DNA from: Lama guanicoe
Taxonomy: Eukaryota
Length of the DNA: 64,000 bases
NCBI GenBank assembly: GCA_013239625.1
Contig: MU053365.1
Location: 1,212,115-1,276,114 of the forward strand
Direction of reading: 5' to 3'
Position 1 is the stretch's first letter. Every line of letters begins with the position of its first letter. The notes beneath the pieces are model-generated. The model saw only the letters and a list, made by a program, of their open reading frames with translations, was not told where the DNA came from and did no database searches. Both the position numbers and the translations under genes were made by a program. Positions 37,075 through 50,352 of the stretch are shown here, piece by piece.

Positions 37075-38902
37075 CTTTGCTCCAAATAGAAGCTACAGAA
37101 TGGCCTAAAAAATAATCTGTAAATTCCTGTCCCCTGGCATGAAACACAGTGACATCATTGTGTTTTCCAGTTATCTTGAATTTGTAAGACTAAATCTGAG
37201 AAAAAATATTGTATGACAATGCAGTATTTCTCCACGTTTGTCTTTCTGTGTTGGATAGGTTATTGGGTGGTCAGACTCATGGCTGCTTTGACAGAGACGA
37301 ATAAATTTGATGGGTATTAGCCTTGGGAGGGAACTTTGAGTTCAATCACTTGTTTACTGACCTCTGGTCATCATTTGTTGTACATCATGCCTGTTCTTAA
37401 GATGTCAGTTCACTTCACAGGTGCTTGTACATCAAGATGAAAGTAGAAAACTCTACAAGAACATCTGTTTAACTAATTATTGCTCTCCAGCTGGTCTTCC
37501 ATGGCACTCAGTATTTTCTCAAGAGTTGAGTTGTGCTTCTTCCCATATTTTAAGCAAGTATTTTTCTGTTGACTGGACTGGCTACCTTAAATTAAGGTCA
37601 TTTTGGGAAATTGCATGAATTAAGAGCTTTGTTCATAAATTTCAACCTTTGGATTCACAAGTACACACATTTTCACTTTGCTTTTTTTTTTAGCACAATA
37701 GTCCTTGAAAAGATGGGTTAATTTAACATCATACTATGTACCCATCTTATTACATTTGGTTCTCCCACAGGATGCTATTAGTGACTAATGTTACAGGCTT
37801 TGCATAATTCTGTTTCTTTCTGCTTTTGTCCTAATAGTTCCTTTGATCACAGCTAGATCCAAACAGCAACTGGCTTAAGGTGACTTATCCCTTTAAAAAA
37901 AAAACATGTTATTTGCATCCGTATAAAAGAGAGGCTAAGGCACTTTAATAATGAGCACATAATACAGAAAATTGGGACTTATGATTCACAAGGGTATTAG
38001 CAAAAGGTCTCTTTTTGTGTGGTGTCTACCAAACACCTTAGCAACTTCTTCAGGTGCTGCCTTGTTAAATCTTGCAGTGCACATGTGGATCTTACCTTCA
38101 CAAAGCGCCTCAATTGTGGGGCTTTGGGCTTTGTTGGATCTAATTGCACTTCCTCCAACACAGCACATATGCACTGTAAGTGCACATTCCCCACGCAGTG
38201 TCTTTATGAACCTTATATCCACAAGCACTTGACCTATCTGTCTTTTTTTTTGGCTGGGAACTTTGGAATAGATGTAGCTTCTATTTCCCGATGCTTTCAG
38301 CAAGTTCCACACAGCTGATAGATGGAATCTGTATCATTGGCTTTTAAAATAAGGTGTTTGGCCTGGAATGATGCTACAGTGTTAACAACTGTGCCTTCAC
38401 AATGGAGAAGCAGACTTCCATTTTCTGAAGAACTGGTCACTGTGTGTGGTGTTCTTCTCACAACATTAAAGAGGTCATCTATTGCGGAGGTGGCAACAGC
38501 ATGGTTGATCTCCTGTGATATGGTAAGGGGGTCAAATACTTGATTTGAAGGGAGCTGAGTCTCCTTAGAGCCTTCATTTGTATTCATGACCTCCTTTGCA
38601 AAGCTGAAATTGAACTGTTGCTGTGGTATTGATTCATTCTGTGTGAGCCTGGGAGCGATAACAGTGAGCTTCCTGATGGTGGATGGGCACTTGAAGATGA
38701 TGGGCACTTCAAGCCTTGTTTGGTAGCTTTTCTTCTTATGTCTTTATTGTCTTCAGGCTTGATTGGTGGTGGTGTTGAGCTCCAGGAAAAAGAAGGTAAG
38801 AGGGGAGGGAGGAGGAAGCTTGAGAGACAGATTAGTGCTCTGGTCCAAATTTCACTAGGTTTGTTCCTCAAAGCTCTCATGAAAGCAGACAGCAGATAAA
38901 TG
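37075..38902 (-). pseudogene. Fossil gene, large Cys/His-rich exon
   Basis: Acceptor TACTTCAG| at 38903. Consecutive long frames (ORFs 38297-38707 and 37986-38312) with CGTC*KH...VHLQCICAVL, LLLIPL...VAV/SSCDQR and QVIELKVPSQ/LIPIKFIRLC...TGIYR. No repeat similarity recognised over 1.8 kb. Confidence 0.6.
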
Positions 38903-39419
38903 CTGAAGTATACCACATGATCACAATTATGTGAAAAAAAAAACCATGCATTGCAAAACAAGGAGAAAAAATAAACCTAAATGTTAACAGTTGTTATCTC
39001 GTGGGTGGGAGTAGAGTTGACTGGCTTTTTTTTTTTCATGTCTTCTGCATTTTCCCATATTCTCTATGCTGATTATGCATTATTTTATAATTGAGCAATA
39101 ATTTTATAGATTAAAAATGTAAAGAAAAATCTCTGCATGCTGAAATAGATTTGCCTCTGTGCCTTAGTATAAATATAATATACCATGAAATATAATTACT
39201 AAATATTTTATGCTGTTGCTGGGAGTAAATAACATGAAATCTTGGCTATACTCAGGATCTTTGGAAGAGCACACACTTAAAAAGCAAAAGTACACCACTG
39301 ACTATTACTCTAAAACCAAATTTCATAAGCAATTTAAAAACTTCATTAGCAAAGAAACTCAGTGTTAAGATCCTTCAGGTATATTGGATGAGGCAAGAAT
39401 CATATCTTCATGTATATAT

Positions 39420-40250
39420 CAGCTTTATGGAGGCATAATCTACACATCCTATATTTCACCCATTTAATGTGTACAATTCAGGTGTTTTTAGTGTATTCAC
39501 AGCATTGCAAAACCATTACCACAGTCAATTTTAGAACATTTTCATCACCCCTAAAGGACACCTGGTACCACTTAACCATCACTCCTCATTTCCCCCTAGC
39601 CACTTCCCCCAGCCCCTGGTAACCACTAATCTACTTTCTGTTTCTATAAATTTGCCTGTCGACATATTTTATAAAGGGAGTCATACAAAATGTGGTCTTT
39701 TGTGACTGGCTACTTTTACTTACCTGATATTTGTGAAGTTCATCCATGTTGTAGCAGGTATAGTACTTCCTTTTTATGGCTGAATAATACTACATTGTAT
39801 GGATATACTGCATATTGTTTATTTATCAGTTGCTAGACTTTTGGATTGTTTTCATTTTGGGGCTATTGTGAATAATGCTGCTGTGAACATTGGTGTACAA
39901 GTTTGTGTGTGTATATTTGTTATCATTCCTCTCAGGTTTACACCTGGGAGTGGAATTACTGCTGGTGATTCTATGTTTAACTTTTTATAGACCTGCTACA
40001 AAGCAGCTACACCATTGAACATTCCCACTAGCATTGTATGAGGGTTTGAAATTTCTCTGCACCCTCAACACTTCTTATTATCCATCTTTTTGATAATAGC
40101 CATCTTAGTTTTGATTTGTATTCCTGTGATGGCTATTAATGTTGAACAACTTTTCCTGTGCCCCTTGGCCATTTCTGTATTTTCTTTTGAGAAATGTCTG
40201 TTCAAATCCTTTGACCATTTTCATCAGGTATTCTTTTTATTGTTGAGTTG
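39420..40250 (-). mobile_element. L1MB-type 3' fragment
   Basis: cccagcccctggtaaccactaatctactttctgtttctat and related motifs. Confidence 0.8.
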
Positions 40251-40489
40251 TTGAATCATGGAAAGGTTTTGGAGCCTGAGAATCCTGGATTTGAACCTGA
40301 GCCCAGGCGCTGTGTGAAGGTACTAGATAAGCTAGAACCATTCTTACTGTTTACCATAGAGCACTGTAAGAGATGGGGTGTTCTCTGTGTGCAAGAATGG
40401 GGTGTTCTCTGTGACTGCATTTTTCACATAACTGAAATTCATCCCTGTGTTTGCCAAAAGTTGAAAAATTTCTAAACTGCCTTATGTAC

Positions 40490-41018
40490 TTTCTGTGCTT
40501 TATTCAACAGAAAGCACTGAACCTGATTTAACCCTTTCTTGATGATTCCTTGGAACATCCTGGATTGTGTTATATTTGTAGCCCTGTCTGGGCTACTGAG
40601 GTGTGGAGGGTTGTTTGCTGAGGCTCTTGTGGCTCTTCTAGTGACTTCTTTCCTCTGTTTGGGGTTCGTTTTTCAGTGAACCTATTTCTCACTGTGTTCT
40701 CCCTCCACCCCCTCATTGTTTCTAATTTGACTGTAATTTTAGAAAGAATGGAAGGTTACCAGGGGAAACCAAATAAAGAAATATCACACATAATTCAAAA
40801 ATAATAGTTTCTAGTTCAAAAGCTTTGTGTACTGCATAATAAAGGATATGCCCTTTGTTATAGCTGTTTCATTAAAGCTTCAGGTACATTTTCATTTACT
40901 TTCAAGGTCCAGTTTAAGCTTCAGTTGGTTAAAGTTGCTGGAAATGATACTCGTAGGCAAGTGGAACATTGTACTCGTTTCATACTTAATAAGGGCTTCT
41001 GCTTCATTGTCAATATTC
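40490..41018 (-). pseudogene. Fossil gene candidate exon(s)
   Basis: Acceptor TTTCATATATTTACCTGAAG|G. Fragments [38 protein letters not shown] and GHILYYAVHKAFELETIIFEL. Confidence 0.45.
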
Positions 41019-41152
41019 CTTCAGGTAAATATATGAAATTAAAAATTCAAAACTGCTTAGGATCAAATTTTAAGTAACAGTTAATGAAAAAACCCTAAAC
41101 TGACCCCAAACTTTTCATTAAATGGGAGAGATTTTTAAAAATCAGAATTCTT

Positions 41153-42674
41153 TTTTAAACGCTTTTTATTGATTTATAATCATTTTACAGTGTTGTGTCA
41201 AATTCCAGTGTAGAGCAGTTTTTCAGTTATACATGAACATACATATATTCATTGTCACATTTTTTTCTCTGTGAGCTACCATAAGATCTTGTGTATATTT
41301 CCCTGTGCTATACAGTATAATCTTGTTTATCTATTCTACAATTTTGAAATCTCGTCTATCCCTTCCCACCCTCCGCCTGCTTGGCAACCACAAGTTTGTA
41401 TTCTATGTCTATGAGTCTGTTTCTGTTTTGTATTTATGCTTTGTTTGTTTGTTTGTTTTAGATTCCACATATGAGCAATCTCATATGGTATTTTTCTTTC
41501 TCTTTCTGGGTTACTTCACTTAGAATGACATTCTCCAGGGGCAACCATGTTGCTGCAAATGGTGTTATGTTGTTGGTTTTTATGGCTGAGTAGTATTCCA
41601 TTGTATAAATATACCACCTCTTCTTTATCCAGTCATCTGTTGATGGGCATTTAGGCTGTTTCCGTGTCTTGGCTATTGTAAATAGTGCTGCTATAAACAT
41701 TGGGGTGCAGGTGTCATTTTGAAGTAGGGTTCCTTCTGGATATATGCCCAGGAGTGGGATTCCTGGGTCATCTGGTAAGTCTATTCCTAGTCTTTTGAGG
41801 AATCTCCATTCTGTTTTCCACAGTGGCTGCACCAAACTGCATTCCCACCAGCAGTGTAGGAGGGTTCCCCTTTCCATAGCCTCTCAAGCATTTGCCATTT
41901 GTGGATTTTTGAATGATGGCCATTCTGGCTGGTGTGAGGTGATACCTCATTGTAGTTTTGATTTGCATTTCTCTGATAATTAGTGGTATTGAGTATTTTT
42001 TCATGTGCCTATTGATAATTTATGTCTTCCTTGGAGAATTGCTTGTTTAGGTCTTTTGCCCATTTTTGGATTGGGTTGTTTGTTTGTTTCTTATTAAGTC
42101 GTATGAGTGCTTATATAGGAGATATATAGGAGATCAAGCCTTTGTCGGTTTCATTTGCAAAAAATTTTTCCCATTCCGTAGGTTGTCTGTTTGTTTTACT
42201 TATGGTTTCCTTTGCTGTGCAGAAGCTTGTAAGTTTAATTAGGTCCCATTTGTTTATTCTTGCTTTTATTTCTATTGCTTGAGTAGACTGTCCTAGGAGA
42301 ACATTTTTGAGATGTATGTCAGATGATGTTTTGCCTATATTTTCTTCTAGGAGGTTTATTGTATCTTGTCTTATGTTTAAGTCTTTGATCCATTTTGAGT
42401 TGATTTTTGTGTATGGTGTAAGGGAGTGTTCTAGCTTCATTGTTTTACATGCTGCTGTCCAGTTTTCCCAACACCATTTGCTGAAGAGACTGTCTTTATT
42501 TCATGGTATATTCTTGCCTCTTTTGTCGAAGATGAGTTGACCAAAAGTTTGTGGGTTCATTTCTGGGCTCTCTATTCTGTTCCATTGGTCCATATGTCTG
42601 TTTTTGTACCAATACCATGCTGTCTTGATGACTGTAGCTCTATTGTATTGTCTGAAGTCTGGGAGAGTTATTCC
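41153..42674 (-). mobile_element. Young camelid L1, 5'-truncated (~1.5 kb), with 245-bp direct flanking repeats
   Basis: ORF2 C-terminus ...[18 protein letters not shown]...[13 protein letters not shown]; direct repeats at 40908-41152 and 42675-42919. Confidence 0.95.
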
Positions 42675-43879
42675 TCCAGTTTAAGCTTCAGTTGGTTAAA
42701 ATTGCTGGAAATGATACTTGTAAGCAAGTGGAACATTGTACTCATTTCATACTTAATAAGGGCTTCTGCTTCATTGTCAATATTCCTTCAGGTAAATATA
42801 TGAAATTAAAAATTCAAAACCACTTAGGATCAAATTTTAAGTAACAGTTAATGAAAAAACCCTAAGCTGACCCCAAACTTTTCATTAAATGGGAGAGATT
42901 TTTTAAAATCAGAATTCTTATATTCTACTTTTAATTATCCAAATGTGAAACATCTATATTGGGTCTACCATATTTGAAGGAAATATTACCTTCGAAATAC
43001 CTATTTAGGCCCTTGGGTCAGCTGCCAATACTCTTTGTTGAAAATTAACACTTAATCCAGAAAACCTGATTTATTTATTCTGTTTTGCATGTAACCTGCA
43101 CCTTACTGGAAAAGATTTAAAAACAGTACTCCAGCTCCAAGGGAGGGTTGGGACCCTGAGTGGCCTGATAGGGTTAACTGTCTGGTTGGGGCCCACTAAC
43201 TATAGGGCTCTGCTGTGGGGAGGCTTGTGCTTGGGGCGATGGTTGGCCTGCAGGTGCCTGGCTGTGTCAGATATTACACTGCAGCGCTTATCTGTTCGAA
43301 ATACTTTTTGAGGATTATAGGATTATGTTTTTAGTCATGAGAAACCAGCTTGAAAATTTTCTGACAGTTTTAGTAGATGTGAGGCTTAATAAACAAGCCA
43401 ATGGAATGCGAGGGAACTCAGCCTGCTACAACTGCCGAACCAGGTGTCACATCCCTTGGGGGAAACCATGACCTAGAGGGTTAATTGCTGGCATCAGCTT
43501 GCCTGGAGTGAGTTCAGCGGCAGGCAGGAGGTGGCTGAAGTGGCCCCTGCAGCTGGAATCATGACCCACCAAAGAGCCAGCTGGGGTGGGGCTGCTTTGA
43601 AGGAGCAGTATTTGTGGGGAGGGCATTCTCACGGCGAAGGTCATTTAAGGAACTATTTTTAAAAGAAGTCCATGTCCCACCATTGCAGGCACACGTTGTT
43701 CAAGGTCCTGGTTCTGTCTACCCTGCCTGATCCCATTGGACATTAGATTTCATTCTTTCACGTCCTGCCACGTCAGGAAACATTAAAATGGTAGGAGAGG
43801 TCTCAGTTCTGGTGGGGTTTTTTGTTTGTTTGTTTTGTTTTGTCTTCTTTTTCCCTCTTGGCAGCACATGTCATCCCTA

Positions 43880-44593
43880 TTTTGGATATCTCATTAGTAC
43901 TTGCTAGTGGACATCTGGGCCTCCCAGATTCCCTCTGCATTTCCCAGGGTCTATGACTGATGCAAAAATTATACGCTTTATTTGCCAGTTCTCTGCTGCT
44001 GCTGTTCCCGCTGCTCTTGTGGCAACTGCTGTTTGTTTGCACCATTGTCTCTTGGCCTCTGCACATCTGTGCCTTGAGCTGTCTTTTGGGTTCAGGTTTC
44101 CTTGTGTTCCCATCTTTTGTCTGTTATCATATCTCAGTGCTGTTCTGCGCTCTCAAAAGTTGGGCCATAGGTCTCATGATCCTGAGAAACTCCACAATAA
44201 GTTGCACAACCATAGGGTCATAGCCTCACTGTGGACACTGCTTTCTGGTCTGAGTGACAGCCCTTACTCCAGTGCTGCCCTGCCCAGGTGCCACTGATGA
44301 GCAGTCGAGCCTCCTGGCCCATCTTGCTCTCACCCCGGACATCCCAGCTTTGCAAACTGCTGACTTCCGTGAAGCTCTGTTTCCCACCACAATTCGGCTC
44401 TGTTTGTTGGACTCCGCTTTTCATCTCGTCTGTGGCTTTAGCCAGGAAGGAATAGCAGCGTCTGGGCAGCATGCCACGAGAAAGACTTCCCTCAGGAGCA
44501 GCACTTTTTCTACTTCTCATTTTCATATGTTCCTGCTTTAAATCGTCCTTCTCTACCCCACCATGGCATGCAGGTTCCATTAAAGTCTCCTTT
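43880..44593 (-). pseudogene. Fossil gene candidate 5' exon (low-complexity, Q/E/K-rich)
   Basis: Acceptor TTCTGTTATCATTTGTATACTAG| followed by ~125 open codons (ORF 44218-44604). The same frame continues with few stops to ...QQLPQEQREQQQQ. Confidence 0.4.
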
Positions 44594-47028
44594 CTAGTAT
44601 ACAAATGATAACAGAAACTAGTGCATATATACCTTGAAAGGAAACTTTTCTAAGAGATATCAAGCTAATCACGACTTCTGCATTGGAGAAACAAAAACAA
44701 AACCTCCAAATTAATAAAGAGCAAAGAGGAATTTCCAAGGGTTTCTGATAACTCTGATCTAGGAATTATGCTGAAATGCACTCATGGAAAATATCAGCCA
44801 GAAACTGATATGCAGCTGTGAAATAAAATGCCGTGCTTCTAACATGTGATGATCAAGTATCCAATAAATCTAACTTCAGATTCCTCCTCTAATGTGAACT
44901 TTCTGTAGTGGAAAGCTTCCAGTACGAAGATTTTACTTTTTACTTCTCTAAACTGAGTTTTCAGTCCAAATAAATGTTAAAATTAATAAACACACAGTGG
45001 CAGGTTAAAATTGGTAAGTGTTAAATACAGAGGAGCCTCACTTTACAAAACATGTGTGTTCCTGAAAAGCTTTGTATAGATACAATTTTGGAAAATCCAG
45101 TCACATCTTAAGGGCACTGAGAGAGCAGGCTATTTAAAGGAACTCTGCATTCAGTGAACTTTTTTTTTTGCAACATGAATAATCTCCTCCTTATATATCT
45201 GTTTTGTGAGTTGTGGTTTTCTTAAGCCATCAGGCCCCTACATTTTTCTTTTACCTCAGTCATTTTAAAGGAGAACATTGAAAGAATGGAGATTCCAGGT
45301 TTGATTCTTTGCTGATTGATCCACAAGCAAACATACGTAAGAATGCTTTAACAGCCCCATGCACAGCCTGAAGGAACAGCCATTTAATTGAATCCGTCAA
45401 CAGCAGAGATTCACATGCAGCTTTCTTAGGGTTTAGACTAAGTTAACTTTCTTAAGAGCCTCAGGTCACTTTTGACTGCTTCCAAATATCTGTTCCCTTA
45501 AGTATCCGACCTTGAATTTTTCCTGCAGAAAATTCTTTACTGAAAGCTTTTAAGTGGCCACAACAGTCTTTTTCTTGAGTAAAAAGAATCTGCATAGGAA
45601 TGCAGCATACTGTTGGAAATACACACATGGGCACATGTACTTGTGCACACATGTGCACACACATCTGTAGCCAAAATTTCAGCACTTTCTCTGGGTGGAG
45701 AAGTGTCATAGCAGGGTCTCTAAGAAACGAGGGCTAGGAGAATTTAATTTTTTATTCGTGAATTTATTCAATAAATATTTGTTAAACCTTTACTAAAAGC
45801 CCATCACTATGGTTAAGTAACACTTCCCACCATTTGTAGGGAGGACGACAAAATATAGGTAATAGAAATCTAAGTTGGAAGAAGAAGGGGGAAAAGCGGG
45901 GCAGGTTAGCTTTCTGCTTCTTCCCACCGTGTTAAGTCTGTGGCCAGGGCTGGTTTATCACTGCAACTGCTTGTAGAATGTTAAGATGGAAAAGAACTTT
46001 TGAAATCCCCATCCAAAAGCTTCCGTTGTATAGAGGAGAAAACTGGAGCACAGAACAGAGAAATGACGGTCAGTGTCACACGGAGAGAAAATAATAGAGC
46101 CAAAGCAAACGTTCGTGATAACAGTATCCATCTCATAGGGCTATTAAGAGGATTAAATGAGTTAATATTTACAAAGGGCTTAGGATAGTGCTCGGTACCT
46201 AACATGATACTGATACTAATATCTGTTAAATAATAGTAATAATAGCAACAACAACAATATATCTGGCTGCATCTCAAGCAGATCTAATCTTGCCTACCCT
46301 CATTTTGGTGGACTCAAACTTGTCTTATGGTAGGGGATAGGATAAAGTAGAGTTAGAATCTGAAAGCTTCAAAGGCCACAGGTAAGAGCGCCACATCCAC
46401 ACATTCTAGATTATGCAGCTCATTCTTGATTTCACCTTCTTTCCAGTTGTAAGCACATTTGCCCTTTTCAAAACACATGTAATGTTTATTTTAATTGGCT
46501 CTCTTTGAGTGATGCTCTGTACAATGGCCGCTTCACTGTCTTTATTTTATTTGACCTCGGGACAGCATTTGATTGTTTCGATTATCCCTTTTTGCTTAAG
46601 GAATGGTTTCTGTGACTCCACATTCTTTACCTTTTCCTCCTATCTCTCTCCTTCCATCACTCTGGTCAGTCTCTCTCTCTCTCCCCCCCCCCTTCTTTCT
46701 CTTCCTCTCCCCTCACGCATGGAAAATTTCAAATGTACATAAGAACAGAATAGTAAAGTTACTCCCTCTGAGGTATGCCACCAACTCACGATACAGTTAG
46801 GTTCACTTGCTTTGTTTTGCTTTTGCTTTTTATAAGTTTTTTTTAATTTTAATTTTGTCTTATATTTATGTAAAAAAATTTTCTGTAGTTCCAAAATCAA
46901 ATCTACAAAACAAGGCATATTTATAAAAGTGTAACCCCTATCCTTGTCCCCTTGCTCCTCTTTTCTCTCTATAGGTCACCATTTAACTTTGAGTTTTTGG
47001 TTCATCCTTCCATTTAAAAAATATGTTA

Positions 47029-47180
47029 TGGTAGAGAGGGTATAGCTCAGTGGTAGAATGTGTGCTTAGCATGCATGAAGTCCTGGGTTCAATCCCCAGT
47101 ACCTCCATTAAACAAATAAATAACAAACAAACAAACAAACATAATTACCTCCCCAAATAAAAATAAAGATAAATTAAAAG
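47029..47180 (+). mobile_element. Camelid Vic-1-type SINE
   Basis: gagggtatagctcagtggtagaatgtgtgcttagcatgcatgaagtcctgggttcaatccccagtacctcca plus A-rich tail; Pol III A and B boxes. Confidence 0.9.
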
Positions 47181-47254
47181 TACAGTATTCTCAAAAATGC
47201 ATTAAGTATTATGCAGGTTTTACCCTCGTCTTTACACCTGTGTTTACATTTTTT

Positions 47255-47660
47255 CCCTGCCCTCCTCACACACATATACTGCAATCAAGTCATATTGAAT
47301 TATTTGAAGTTGCTCTCTTTGTGTATGTGTGTGTATATATATGTCTGTGTGTGTGTATACCTCTCCTGCCTAATCTCTTGCCTTTAACCCCATCTTTATA
47401 CCGATGTTTATATCTTCCTTCTTGTACCTCCCTGCCATACTATATTTCAACCATATTGAATTATTTGACAGGCTTCAATATACTAAGTTACTATGGCCTC
47501 TGAGCCTTCTTAAATGCAGTTCTTTTATGCAAAATTCTGACTGGAAAGACTTCAAGAGAGAATGAGAGGAAAGGCTATAAGGAAACAGACACTGTCAGAC
47601 ATTGCTAGTGAGATGCATATGGCACAACCTCTGTAAAGGGCTATCCTACCAAATTTCAGT
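47255..47660 (+). repeat. Left arm of an inverted duplication (partner 61761-62200)
   Basis: Reverse complement of 61761-62200; about 10 differences over the ~160-bp core. Confidence 0.9.
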
Positions 47661-49439
47661 AGTACTCCGTTTGTCAGTTATACCCCCATATGCCAAAAGT
47701 TAGATATGTATGTATGTGTGTGTCTATATCTAGCTCTAGCTTTACCTCTCTATGGCATCGTTTGTAATAGTAAAAGAGCCCAAGTGTTCTGCAATTGTAG
47801 ACTATCTAAATAAACTATGGAACATCTGCAAGACGGGATAGGATGCAGCTGAAAAAAGTAATTAGGACAATCTCTGTGCAGTGATGTTGGAAGATCTCTA
47901 GGATATGTTGCTAAGTGTTTAAAACCTTGTATACAGAGCAGTACATGCTACCTCTGGTGTAAGAAAAAGTGGGGAGGACAAGATTATGTACTCACAAAAT
48001 GCTTTCTTTTTGTAAAGAAACACCGCAAGGATAAGAGAGAAAATAATGCACGTAACTGCCTCCGGGGAGCTGGGAAAGCTGTAGGAAAAGAGTGGATGGG
48101 GTATGGAGAAATAATGAAACAAACTGTGACAGAAGGAAGAGGAATTAGAATTGAAAGGAGAGGGCTTGCAGAGAGTATTGGTAACTCTTTTGAGGAATTT
48201 TGCTGCAAAGCAGATGTAAAATTGTATTCACAAAAGGAAGCTTCAAATTCTCATTATTTGCATAAATTCAATATTTAATTTCTTCCATAATGCCTGGTAT
48301 TTCATTTTTCTTAATATATTTTTCATAATAAGATAATATAAAGAAAGTGGAGTGTTTTTTTAAACAGCTCCCTCTTAGATGCTCCTGACGCCCTCCACTT
48401 TACCCCACTGCTCTTGGCATATGTCTCTTCCTGTGTGTGCTCTGGGATGAAAAATGTGGGAAGTAGTGCCTTACAGAATGGTGCTCAAGTGGAGCTATTC
48501 ATGTTTGGGTCATGTAACTCACTGCAGGTTCTTTGGAAGGTCATGGTCCAGGTACAGGAGGTTATTTTCATAAGGATCCCTGGACCTCCTAGAAGGAACT
48601 GCAGAGGGGACTGCAGAAGCCAAATTTAGGTCCCAGAGATATTGTGACTCTCAAGGCAAATGGGGGAGATAAGGGCAGCACAACCTTAGGAAAATGTACC
48701 CCCAGGAAGACACAGAACTTGCCATTATGATTTGGGGGTTGTGGATAGACTCAAAGGTAGGTCTTGAGATTTGATAAATGGTTCATATATAAATAGGTAC
48801 AGTTCAGCATTTTTCCATGAGAAAATATAATGTTTCAGCTAAATTGGTGGTTTTTCCTAATCCAGGAGGCAAGTTGTGGCCTACTGAGATTTGGTCCCAT
48901 TCTCTTTGAAGGAAGGATTTGAGGCAGGGAATGAGAAGCAGATCTCTGGTTGGGGATCTAGGAGAAATGAAGCAAACATCCTAATTTATGTTTTAAATAT
49001 TAAAGCATAAATCGCTAAACTCTGATGAGTGAAAGAAATGAACACCACCGAACAATATATAGGCCTCAGTCCTCTTGTTTATAAGATGAATAGATGGTAC
49101 AATATATTATTAAGAGTAAATTTCCTGTTCAGAAGGGCATTGGTAGATAGAGGTGTCCAATAGTCCTTGGGCTTACCTCAACCTCTGACATGGTGAGGGC
49201 AAGGATTTTTGTTTGCTTTGTTCACTGATTTAGTCCATGCATTAGAACAACTCTGGGCACAGACTAGGTACTCCATAGATGTTTGTTAAAGGAAGGAAGA
49301 AATAAAGATTTTAGGCTTGAAAGGCTCCTTGCAATTCCTAATCAACATCAAATGCTTGCTAGTCACCATTGATGAGAAACTAAATTCAAAATGTAAAATC
49401 ATTGTTTGCAATTCAAAATGTACAATAGTTGAAACTACA

Positions 49440-49733
49440 TAAACAATTCCAAGACATAGAAAACAACCTTATGGTTACCAGCGGGGAAGAGGGTGGGGAG
49501 GGATAAATTGGGAGTTCGGGATTTGCAGATACTAACTACCGTATATAAAATAGATAAACAACAAGTTTCTTCTGTATAACACAGGGAACTATCTTCAATA
49601 TCTTGTACTAACCTATAATGAAAAAGAATATGAAAATGAATATATGTATGTACATGTATGTCTGAAACATTACACTGTACACCAGAAATTGACAAAATAT
49701 TGTAAACTGACTCTATTTCAGTAAAAAAAAAAG
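49440..49733 (+). mobile_element. L1 3' end (cetartiodactyl/camelid type)
   Basis: gacatagaaaacaaccttatggttacc...gggataaattgggagtt...poly(A). Confidence 0.85.
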
Positions 49734-50352
49734 AAAATCCCTTGAGGCCAATGATGGTGCATTATTAGTTCTGTAATCCTCAGTACCTAGCAAAGCTTCT
49801 GGATCACTTTAGGCAAAAACAAAACAAAACAAAACAAAACAACGGCTTTTTAAATTAAATTGACAATTGTAATACTGAATTTTTGTTAATAAGTGTATTT
49901 TTGTATCCAATTGCATATTGTCATATCAAGTTGTTCAAAGTAATATAGAATATCTATGCATTCTTAGAGCGAGCAACATGTGGGTAGCTTGAACACCACT
50001 AAAAGGCCATGTCAGCCACAAATGGACAGAAATGTTCAATATTTGTGGACATACATAGACTGGGGCCAGTGTCTGGAGGTGGGCCAGCCAGAAGCCCCTG
50101 TCTGGATGCTGCTCTGCTCCCAGCCCCTGCCACTGTGAGTGCAGGAATCGGGGTGATAGTAATCCATGTCATTGCATACTGTGTTGCATTCTTGCATACC
50201 AGTTGGGACATGGAGCCATAAGTCATTCTGCTCGGGCTGTGGTGAAGATTAAGCCTGATTGTGACCCTTACTACAAGTGTTATTTCCCTGATATAGATTA
50301 TCTCTACAAAACAGTGTCTGCTGGAACTCATTAACATGTCAACATTCTAGAG

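Larger units (their letters stand above)
16865..44593 (-). pseudogene. Ancient unprocessed multi-exon pseudogene of a putative CxC/KDZ-transposase-derived gene
   Basis: About 12 unique-sequence blocks, most starting at a minus-strand polypyrimidine-AG acceptor, with protein-like frames broken by stops and frameshifts. Several junctions are phase-compatible and motif order resembles CxC4/KDZ transposases. Identified by eye. Confidence 0.6.

Noticed and set aside
40368..40415. Short direct repeat ATGGGGTGTTCTCTGTG x2
   Set aside because: A simple local slippage duplication with only two units; not an array.
47029..47110. Possible tRNA gene
   Set aside because: It has Pol III boxes but continues into an A-rich tail and matches the camelid SINE head.
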